Assembly: GCA_037447605.1 (NCBI GenBank) | Contig: CM074809.1 | Span: 2,966,689-3,030,688, forward strand | Reading direction: 5' to 3' | Origin: Zygnema circumcarinatum SAG 698-1b | Lineage: Eukaryota; Plantae; Zygnematophyceae | Length of the DNA: 64,000 nucleotides | In this document: one piece after another, positions 25,477-36,162 of the stretch | How positions within the stretch are numbered: the first letter of the stretch is position 1 | How the letters are laid out: every line of letters starts with the position of its first letter | The notes under the pieces: model-generated | The model's database searches: none | The model's input: the letters and a program-made list of their open reading frames with translations, nothing else | Told to the model about the DNA's origin: nothing | Made by a program: the position numbers and the translations under genes

Positions 25477-28400
25477 CTAAAAATGCCCATAGGCCTTCAT
25501 TGAAGACAAGAATAAGAAGACGAACCACAAGAAGATCAAGAAGACACACGCAAACCACGCCCACGGCCGACTGCCCCCGAGCTCCCCGCCGTACGCACGG
25601 CGTCGCCAAAGGAGGAGTCCTACACCTAAGGCCAAAGTGCTGAAGTAGGCGATGAGTGTAAACGCAAGATCTCCGGCAGGCATTACGAAGTCGGTTCCCA
25701 GCTTCATCTTGTTGTAGAGGGCACTCATGAGCCAAGGGACGCCGAGCCCAACGAAAACGTTGATGCTATTGCTGCCAAAAGAAAAAAGGTCAACCTTTAC
25801 GCTTCAGTATAAAGAGAGAGGCAAGTTGTACACATGCACAAGGCTATGCACTGCGAGATCGATCCTCCTGTTGGGTCAATCTCAAGTGTACCAAAAAAGT
25901 GGCCAAAGAAGAGGGGTCACCTAGCATTGATGTTGGCCACAGCAGAATCTGCAGTTGTCTCGTGATCAGCGGCAATCCAGCTGGCAATGAGGCCGGGAAA
26001 GGAGGTGCCCGAAGCCAACAGGGTGAGAGAAATGACAAGACTGTTTGCACCTGCAGGGGGCACCAAAGCACTGTTATGTGCGGCCATACTTTGCTTCTCA
26101 GTTTTAGGAGCTCATTTTCATGTTCATAATTCATCATGGCATAATACAAGAAGCTTCAGAACAAAGCATCACCTGTGACGCATCCGAAGAGGTTGGCAAA
26201 CTCAATGAGCAGAGCCGCAATGCCGGTGATGCACACAATAGAGAGGACGAAGGCGGGCCATCCTCCTCCCAACTCGGACGGAGGGACGACGAATGCAAAC
26301 ACTGCCTTCCACGGAAACGTGAGAGGATGCATCACAAAGTCCACAGCGTTTGGAAGTAGCTCGCGCCCGTCCTCGTCTATGGAGCCCTTCACCTGAAGGA
26401 GGACGAGAGGCACGAGAAATGACTTAATAAAAGCAAACAAAGAGAAAACTTCTCTCTTATTTACAAGGGACAAGACGGTTTCATGAGGCAAAAGACAGTC
26501 ACTTCCATACAACAAGTGTATCGTAGGGTCTGCACAAGTGCTGTGCAGACTCACACTGAGTGCATCTGTCAGCTGAGCCTTCCACAAGCTCAGAACAGTC
26601 CTGCGATTTGGCTGCCTTTCCAGAGAAGGGCTTCCCGGATCAGCCATGGCTGCTGGTCCATGGTGAGTCGAATCTGGCGAGATGGTCTCATCTTCATCTG
26701 CATCCAGTTACAAGATACAAACATTGGGATCCTCCTAGGGGAAAAAAGAGTGGATCAATCAAAAGGAGAAACATCTACCTAACTCTAACGCTTCATTCAC
26801 CACGAGTTTGTAAACGCTTCAAAGAGATTATGTTAATTTTGTGGCCATCTGACGGACTCTCACCCACTCCGCTCGCGTCAAACTCGTCCAAATATTCTTC
26901 CAGCTCTTGCGCTGCAGACTCGTTTCCGGCCATTGACGGTCGGCGAGAAGGATAAGGGGATTCTACCTCTCCGCTGCCTTCTGCAACATCCACACTCACT
27001 TGCTGCGTGTTCTCCATCCTATTCTTCCGCTGCACGCTTCGCAGTCTAAGCCCAGAAAGTAGCCTTTTCTTCAACCTCCGGCTCACAGAGTGTCCGAAAT
27101 CAGCCGAAGGTCTCCTCTCCGCTGTCAAAGAGGTAGTGGCCTGCACAAGATAGCGAGCTGTAGAAGCCCTCCATTTGTGCCAACGCTTTGGGGCCGATGG
27201 GGGGCGAGGGAGAGCGCGCCTGGAAACGGCCCACACTTTAGGAGAGGCAGAACGAGGAGAAGGGTATTCAGAGGACCATGGAAGCTTGTGGGAAACTCAA
27301 TGGTACAATGTCTTCCTCCCAATCCCGCCACCATTTCAGCACTCGAAGCTCACCTTGAAGGTGTCCATGGACCCGGCTCTTCCTGCGCTGCCTCTCCCTC
27401 TCTTGAAGTGGTTTTGAAAGGCAAGAAGATGGGCCAGCCCTGGTCGAATCCGTACGCATGGAGGACCAAGAGGGGCATTTGGAGGACAGTGGCGACGGCC
27501 TCCCATATGCTCACAACATTGGGTGAAGACCACTGCCAGTTACGAAAAGGAAGGAGTCAAATAGGTGAGTTGATGCAGACGGGTCGATACTTCTTCATTG
27601 TGATGAAGAGGACATAAATTGGATTGCACAAGACGGCAGTGCATCATCTATAACAGGAAACTCAATCTACAGAGGCAATGTTCCGCAGCCAGAAATCCCA
27701 GAATATGTATGGAGGGGTAAATCTCAGCTTTCAACACATAGAAATGGAACTGATCGTTAAGACTAAAAATGAGTGTTTATGAGGGAGAGTATTGGAGAAA
27801 GCAAATGAATATTTTTTTTGCTAATTGGAAGCTTATGAGTTAGCAACCCGGAAGTACGAAAGCATGCCGGTCATTGCCTGAGCTATCCCTGCCAAAGCAT
27901 TTTTTTTGTGATTGAGCTGAGGCTTTCACAAATCACTGCTCAAAGGCGAGTTGAACTATGACAAAAAGAGATGGAGGAAAGAATCAACTGGAAGCTACTG
28001 CCGACGGGGCAGATAATGCCGTTCATGATTAGATATTAATGGGGCTCACACAAGGATAGCAGGGGTCCAAAACGAGGATCAAAATGGTCTGTCATAGGAG
28101 CTGACCTAGGGCATGTGGGAGGCAATGAAGGAAACAGTACATGAGAAACAACCCACCTGCAGCACGATGAGAATCCAAAAGTAGGCCCAAACCGACCACA
28201 GAAGTTCCACCATAAACACGCCATAGCTCTCCACTCTTTTCACCAATCCATGCTTTGGAACCAACACAATTACGGCTGTGATTGGAAAAAAGTCAAACGC
28301 CGCACTGCCTACGATGGTGCCAGCTCCTAAGCCTGTCAAAACACATGGAGCCCATGGAGTTTTCAGTCTATAGGAAACGTTCACCTTCGTAACACAGTGC

Positions 28401-30452
28401 AAAAGGAAACGTAGATACAAGACATGCAACCTTCAAATGGAAGGAATGGAGTAAGGGCTTTAATCTAGGCATGACAGAAAGTCATCAATTTTCTAATTTT
28501 CCATTCTTCAGCATCCTCGAGAATAGTTTCGAATCTCTTTGACTTCACCTTCCGATTGGTCCTTCCCCAGCAATTGAATGCCATCGATCCATGCGAGAGC
28601 AATCTGCGGCGCGCACGTGCCGAGTGCGAGCAGAGTGATGTCCGCCAGAGTTGCATTCCAAATACGTTCTTCCTTGGTGATTTCTCGGCCTTCTGTTGGA
28701 TCCCTGCGGGGCCTCTTCCAAGCTGGTTTAGACCACAAAATAATAGGCTAACAAAATTTGTCTCTTCAGAAACATTATAAAACAAAGCAACATCATACAA
28801 CTACATGATGGCATCATGCATTCGCCAGCCATTCCAACAACTAACTTCATTGTTTCACTTCCTCGTCAAGCCTTAAAGTATTTCCGAGATAATATAGATG
28901 TTTGTGCAGCTCAATTGAAATATCCATGGCGGCCTCCTAAGTTCTGTTAGTCTCCATGGCTAAGAGAGTTCAAAGCATCTTTCAAACGCAAACGCAACGC
29001 ACAACGCAAACGCAAGGTAGCTGTCATGTTGATTCTATTGATCATTTTCACTTAAAACAGCAACGTCATCAATTCATAATAACCCTGAGCAAGCCATCAC
29101 GAAACACGGCTTGTTTCCCATCTTCTATTGCTGAATCCAACAAACAGAGTGAAAGCTTTCCCTATCTATACATTAAGAGTGCGAGGTGCCAGTCAAACAC
29201 TCATAACCTGGCATTAGTTTGGGGTGTATAACTGCATAGTCTTCTTCTTCTAGCTGAAATGAATTGAACAGCGGAGCACCATATTGGCATCTCAACAGGT
29301 TTATGCGAGTGCCCTCTCGAAACCGTGCCCCAAACAGACCAATTGCAACTTCAAGCTGTCAGTTCAGTAACATGAAAAGAACCAGACGTTTTGCAGAGGC
29401 GTACTTCAAGTTGGAGATATGCCTGACCAAGTGTCAAATGGATCCTCAGACTTAATTCTGATGACCCCTCCAATCTGAACAACTGCGTGGTAAACTTCAA
29501 AAGAGCGTGCAAGAATACTTTATTGCATCTCCCTGACTTCCACTATCAGTCGTGCAAGAATACTTTATTGCATCTCCCTGACTTCCACTATCAGTGATTC
29601 AAACACTGCAGCCAAGTTCCGTTGACTGACTGTCAGACTTCAGCACGAAGGTGAGGATTCCAAGCTCAGGCCACATGAAACATTGCCATGCGTTTGCTCA
29701 CTTTTCGAAGTTCCAATATTCATTCTAATTCTCTTCACGCACACCAAAGTCTGAACTCTGCACGATGAAAAGTATCCCTGCTTAACCCAAGAAAGGAAAT
29801 TCTTGGAGGACCAATCGTTCTCGAGCCTCTTGAAATTGATCCATTGCGGCAAAATCGAAACCAATTAACGGGCAACAAAATTGCTGCAATTCATTGCGGT
29901 AATCGTTACTTTCAATTTCATAAGTCATTCGAACTTCCACTCTAGTTTCCATGTATTAGAGATGACTCCGGTTTCCCTCCGAGCGGCAGACTAACTCCTC
30001 CAACCTTCCACCAAGGAGAAGTTTTTGTGCGCATGCGTACTGCGATATGAAGCTTAATTCCCTCAGAAAATTGCCATTCATTGCCTCCCTGCCGCTCAGA
30101 AAAGCACCCGTCCTGGCTGCTTCTGTACATCTTTCCGGACTTACCATCTCGTTACAGTTCTTGTCTTTTGAACAATCGTCTCCATCGCGGTCATGAAGCA
30201 TGAGGTAATGGCGGCGAGTCCAATGAAGCAGTAAGCCATGGCAGAGAGATAAAGCCCTGCTCGAATCAGCCTGTGCCACGTGTTCTCTGCAGGAATCATG
30301 ATGAAGCTCTCGCATATCTGCGCTGCAGCTGCAGTTGATCCAGGAGTTGCGTGCGAGAACACCTCCAACAGGATTCCTCCTGAGAAATTGGACGCGTGGC
30401 AATCATAGCTCCCTCCAAGACTGCTGCAAAGCCCCGCCTCGGACAGGGCCAT
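25477..30452 (-). CDS. MHX: Mg2+/H+ exchanger-like CaCA-superfamily antiporter (MHX/NCX)
   Basis: Motifs [113 protein letters not shown]. Exons include 30452-30145, 28703-28549, 28332-28157, 27532-27354, ~27280-26801, ~26735-26556, ~26393-26173, ~26051-25921, ~25771-25477. Central exon boundaries are approximate. Confidence 0.9.
29506..29595. repeat. Perfect 45-bp tandem duplication in MHX intron 1
   Basis: cgtgcaagaatactttattgcatctccctgacttccactatcagt occurs at 29506-29550 and 29551-29595. Confidence 0.95.
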
Positions 30453-30847
30453 GGAGAAGCTCTCAGAGAAGGAGCTTCCTTCTCTTTTCAGCGCCAGCCG
30501 CAGCCATGGCTCCCTGGAAGCGGTGGAGGGGCCCCTTCTTTCAGGGCCCCTTCTTTCAGGGCCCCTCCCCTTCCCCTCCTTCCGCCATCCTGCGAACGCG
30601 GCGAGGCGCCTCGAGCCGCAAGCGGCGAGCCATGCCTGCCTCGGCGCGGGTTCGAACCTCGCGGCTGCGGACAGAAACCGAGAGGAGGAGCTTCGGAGAA
30701 GGCGGGAGGGAAAAGGAACTTTCGTGGGGGGCGGGTGGCTATGGCGTCCCCATGACGTCATCACATCCGCACTTCCTCTCTAAACAGAGTAAGCGCTGCG
30801 TGAAAGCTACCTCCCGAAGAGGGGGAGGATAGGGAAGTGAGGCAGGT

Positions 30848-33800
30848 ATGGCTGCGGAGAATGCTGCGGGGCTTGAGCGGGAGGAAGCAAGGAGGCGAGC
30901 GGCAGCATTTTGGGGGGAGAAGGAGCCTAGAAATGCTGCAGAGGGGCTTGTGCAGGGGCTGGCTTCTGTCGGGAAGGGCGCGTTTGCAGGCGTTGCAGGA
31001 GTGGTGACGGGGCCCATTGTGGGAGCTGCGACGGGGGGAGGGGCGGGCTTTGCTAAAGGGGTGGCTGTGGGGCTGGCGGGGCTCGTGCTGCTTCCCGCGG
31101 CTGGGCTGGTGCATGGGGCGGTCAAGGTGGGGCAGGGAATACGGAACACGCCGGAATCGGTAAGCAACGGCATGCTTGAATGGGATATTTATTTAGAACT
31201 AGCATTCAGAGTGGGATTCTAGAATGGAATTTTAGAATGGGTGTTTGGAATGGTGGCGAGATGGGTTAGGGAGGGCGGTTGGTTCCGAAGCAGAAGTGTA
31301 CAGCTGGAAGGAGAAGCTGTGGGTGAGGAGCAGGAGCTTTGGGTTTAGGAGTGTTGATTAATGAGCCGGAGAAGATGCGAAAGTGTGTGTTGGAGTCGTG
31401 CGTAGCCCCATTGTTGGCTTTTTGTTTATGTTGTTCTAACGAAGGTTATTATTAACATGGGTCCTTTAGTTGAGAGAGCTGACGAGAAGCACTTTTTAAA
31501 CAAGAATTGCACAGGTTTTGAGTTGTCTTCTCGTTAATCATGTTTCTACGGCAAGTTGTCCATCAATTTCTAACCTTCTGGAGAGGCATGTTGGTTGATA
31601 GGTTCGCCTCGTTTTGAAAAATTCTTCACCGGAGGAGGTGGCAGGAGAAAAGGCTGAAGTGCCGCCAGAGGACAAGTGGGCGTTGGTGAAAGATGATAGG
31701 CTTTACTCGGAGTCGAGGAGACGAGTGATGGAGGCAGCACTTCTTGGCTTCACAGCTGCAAAAGGACCTCCTCCTCCTCATACTGACAATTTTCATTCAT
31801 CAGCAGATGGTAGTCAGAATGCAGATATGTCGAAACCAGATATTCCGAAAGGAGATACTCCGAAGCCACTTCCTGAGCAAAATGTGGCAACAAAGTTCAG
31901 TCTTGAAACAGACCTTTACGACCTATTTGGCGTTCCACCAAATGCATCAGAGGCCGAGATCAAGAAAGCATACTACAGGGTGAGAGCAGCATCTTCCTCT
32001 ATTGGACAGCGTTGGAAAATAAGGTCCTTCTTGTCCTACTGTGCTTAAAGTAAGTGAAGAATCAACAAAAATGAGAATCGCTTTGAGACTTGTAAGGAAG
32101 CCACTTGGTCGTCACTCCTTATTCTGACTGGTAACGAGTGGCTTAGAAGTTTGTTGACATCAATTGAGGTGAAATTGGATGTACCTTACATGGATCAACG
32201 AGCCGCACTTCACGTTGACTCGTGAAACGAAGTCCCTAAACGGAAGCATAGAAAGGGCAGATGACAGATGAGTTTCAGGTGCTTCAGATACAGTTTTACC
32301 GGAGAAAAATGCTATGACAAGAAAGGGCTGCAAAGATAGCTAGAAAGCTTACGCTGAACCAGCTTTTCGAGGTCAGCCAGAATGACTCGTGGTTACTTCC
32401 TGTGCACGGAGATTCTAGTCAGTCCGGGGACCTTGTTTCGGTATGTAGTCGTGTTCGAGGCTGGATACATGCTTACGTCCCTCTCCAATCACCATCCATT
32501 CCATTGCTGCTTCAGTTACTCTGTCCTGCTCTTTAACAGGCAGTGAATTTCATCATATGGGCCATGGGGCTGACTGTCTGGGCGGCATGGCAGCTGGCCA
32601 AGGAGCTGCATCCTGACAAGAACCCTAACGACCCCAATGCAAATCGACGATTCCAAGAAATTGGAGAAGCGTATCAAGTGCTGATTGATCCGGAGAGACG
32701 AGCTGCTTACGACCGCTATGGCAAAGAGGGTCTGAGTGATGACTTCATGGACCCAGGCGCGTTTTTCACTATGGCGTTTGGGGCGGACAAATTCAAATCG
32801 CTGGTATGTCTCGTCCGAAGCCTTTCTACTGGTCTTCCTTGAAACGTTAAATTTATGAAATTGGTATTCATTTGGAGAGGAAAGATGTACGTCCACTCAG
32901 GTCTTTCATGCAATCGAGGAAAGTGGGGTGCCAACACGGATAAGGCGACTATGGAGAGCCCTGTAACCCACAACTTTTGTGTTTTGCCCAGTGCCGGATG
33001 ACTTATTTTACCCTGAGTAATATGCAAGTGGTCACTTCCCCTTCCCTTTCCCCCCTCTTCTCCCCCCCCCCCCCCTTTTTTTGTATTGGGGTTCTCATGT
33101 TGCGATTGCTCTGCATCAGATTGGAGAGTTGACGGTGTCTTTCTCCGCCCGCGGCGACGTGACAGCTGAGCAGTTGAAGAGATTCCAGGAGGTCCGAGAG
33201 CAGGAACTCACAAAGCAGCTCAAGGCCAGGTCCGTTCTTCTTCTTCTTCTTCTTCGTCTTCTTCTTCTTCTTCTCTCAAAGCCCCCTCGAGATGAAGGTG
33301 CATCCCAATTGCAACTCTGGAGTTTGCGGTTCGCTTCCTTACCCGACTGCTCTGCTGCTTGCTCTCTTGCAGGCTCAGTTTGTGGGAGGATGGGAAGAAG
33401 GAGACCTTTGTAGAGGAAGCGTTGGCGGAGGTGGAGGAGCTCCGTAAAGAACCTTTCGGGGTCGCTTTGCTGCACTGTATTGGGTGAGGCTCCGTCTTTC
33501 CTCCTTAGATTTGGCATTTCTGAACTTGAAGGTGAAAGAAGGCATCTGAGCTATGGGGTTTCAACCCAGTGATCGAATAGCAGGGTTTTTTAAAATGAAG
33601 GTGATGGTTGGTCGCTGTCAAGGAACAAAGGTGCATCCTAGAACTTCCAAGTGTTTGTTCGCTTTCTGCCCTTGTGTTTCAGTCAGCACTGAGAACCCTC
33701 AAATCCCATTTTTTGTGGCCAGATACACTTACTATCATAAAGCGGAAATGCTGCTGGGACTCCATCACACACCCACTGGCATTCCGGGCTACCTTTTCGC

Positions 33801-34321
33801 TCTCCGCGAGTCTGGTCATACCTTTCAGACGAAGTATAAAGCGGTCTCCGCTGCTCTTAAGTGAGTGGCGCAACCTTCCATTAGGGTTATGATCATGGGC
33901 TGCTTCTGCAGACGAACCTATGTGTGTCGTGACGCTCGGGATGTGGGTTTTGGGGGTGCAGAGTTCAGGACATGAAAAGGAAATTGGAAAAGGAGAGTGA
34001 AGAAGAGCAGGTGAAAACTGCCGCAGCGGCGCTGCCGCTGTTCCTCGATTCCGTGTGGCTGGTAGGTTGCAACCACCATTCCGTCCCCACTCTCTGCCAC
34101 TCAAATGAATTTCCTTCCCTCAGTCCTCCAGACAGCTGCTTTTTCGCCTCTCATTCTCTCTTTCCTGCGCTGTTTTATGGCAGGTAAGTGTGCTTGACAT
34201 TGAGAGCACGCTGCGCCGCGTGGTGGAGGCTGTGGTGATGGACAAAAGCGCAGAGAAAGAGGTTCGCAAAAGCCGAGCACAGGCCCTCATGAAGTTGGGG
34301 AAGGTCTTCGAGCAAGCGTAG
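30848..34321 (+). CDS. J-domain chaperone with DnaJ-X domain (ATJ10/Caj1-like) and Gly-rich N-terminal extension (8 exons)
   Basis: J domain [23 protein letters not shown]|[34 protein letters not shown], with HPD intact. DnaJ-X motifs [10 protein letters not shown]|YTY and [26 protein letters not shown]. Exons 30848-31159, 31602-31979, 32594-32803, 33120-33229, 33373-33483, 33723-33860, 33962-34061, 34184-34321. Confidence 0.9.
33235..33273 (+). repeat. (CTT)n microsatellite in a DnaJ intron
   Basis: About 12 CTT units with one interruption. Confidence 0.9.
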
Positions 34322-34842
34322 CCTCCCTTTGGCTCGCGGTCACTCTAGCACCTTTGAGCACATTGAGGTCATGTTGTTGTGTGAAGGAAAGTTGTATTCA
34401 TATGGATCGTAGTTGTGAGGCATCCTCTTGTTGGTTGTGGAGACGCAACTGATGTGACGTTAGTAGGTTTACGGCAGTAGAGATCACGATTCTTACACCT
34501 GGAAAAAGTTGCTTTTGGGATATAACTAGTAGGATTGGAAGTTTGGTGCTAGCAAGATAGGTGTCTCCAATCTGCAGCATAATCATTATTTTTTTACATC
34601 TGTGTTCCTCTCCTTCCACAGAGGGATCTATCCAAGAGTGTTCCAATCCTTAGAAATCTGGAGATTTATTTTACTAACTTCAATCTCTTGTAATTTATTG
34701 CGTCACGAGGCAAAGCATTTCAGATGCACTTTTTCTCGTTATCAGTATCTATCGTGTGGTGTGTTCCCTTGATGTGAACATCCTCCAAACGAGACCGTCA
34801 AGATTGTGCCACGTGCCATGACATCACTGAACACAGAACTCA

Positions 34843-35247
34843 GGGTGGGGGTCCATCAGCGATTTTTCGCCGACGTGGAGGTACAGGCGTAGTTTTGGAG
34901 GATGATGTGGCGCCGTCGTGGCGCCGACTAGGACCGACGTGGAGGTACAGGCGTAGTTCCCCAAAACATACCCCCTGAAAAAAATTCCCTAGAACTATGC
35001 CTGAGTTTTCCAATCGTGCGCCGCCGCGTGGCGTTGAAGATCCATTCGAGATGCCACGGGGGTACGGCGACCACGCTGGCGCACAGCCGCCAATGCGCGG
35101 CGGACGCGCGGCCACGGTGGACGAATAAATGTGTCCACGTGGCGTCCGCTGATTGGCTCGCGGGACCTCTGATGGAACCCACAATTCTCCCTTCATGACT
35201 CATGATCCGATGTGGCGGTACAGGCAAACGCTGATGGACCCCCACCC
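34843..35247. mobile_element. 405-bp MITE, PIF/Harbinger (Tourist)-like
   Basis: Perfect 19-bp TIR GGGTGGGGGTCCATCAGCG. 3-bp TSD TCA at 34840-34842 and 35248-35250. Internal repeat CCGACGTGGAGGTACAGGCGTAGTT occurs twice, with a variant near the right end. No transposase ORF. Confidence 0.85.
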
Positions 35248-36162
35248 TCAGTCTACCACTGTGGCGATGTCGGCACTAAACATATGCAAAAATATCTGCA
35301 ACCAAATTTTGCCACCAATACATAAAACTTGACGCCTTTCCCACAGACAATGCATGGACAGAATCCTTTCATTGAAAAATGTGCGGCACATTCAGACATC
35401 TGATCGCCAAAGGTGATACTTTCATCACCTTGGCGCCTTACTGCCTGCAGTAGAAGACTCTCCTGCCGCCTCTTTTATATAGCGGAACCTAAACAAAGGG
35501 ACATAGCTTAGGTCCTTCTCGAACCAGGTCAGCCCCTTCCTTCCGGCTGCCAGCCCCACTGGGGGCGGACTCTCTGTCAGGGAAACTCTATGTGTGTCGT
35601 ACCGTACATGAGGCTGCACTGCGGCAGCCCTCCCAGGAATTCACAGTACTTGCGAGCCTAGATGATGAGTTCGGGCAGCAGAAAAATTGGTAATGAGTAT
35701 CGCGCCTCCTGCTGCACATAACACTCCTGCTCCCTCCCACCCTCCACCGGAAACAGCTCCTTCTGCCTCTTGACTTAAGAGAGCCACCACTTGCAGACAG
35801 GAGTTGCTCCTGCACTCGCCTCTAGCCACATTGTCAAACCGTTCAAAAGAAGTGATAGCAGGGCGATCTCGCTATCGTAGATGTACACAGCGTGGCAGAT
35901 AGCGGCACACTGACGGAATGGGAGAAAACCTACTGCTATGTGAATCATACATTATTTCTGCAGCTGCCATTTTTTTCAGCTGCAACCTAAACCTAGTTTA
36001 GTGAGAACAACCAGTTTGGGATAGACCCCAAACATGCATAATTTATTACATCTCGAATCCTCCCCCCGCCATCCCGACTAGCCCTAGAAAGCCTTGCGTA
36101 CAAGCACTTTGTGCAATGCAAAAATCTTGATCCCTGACGGAAAAAGTAGCCCTCTAACCTCC

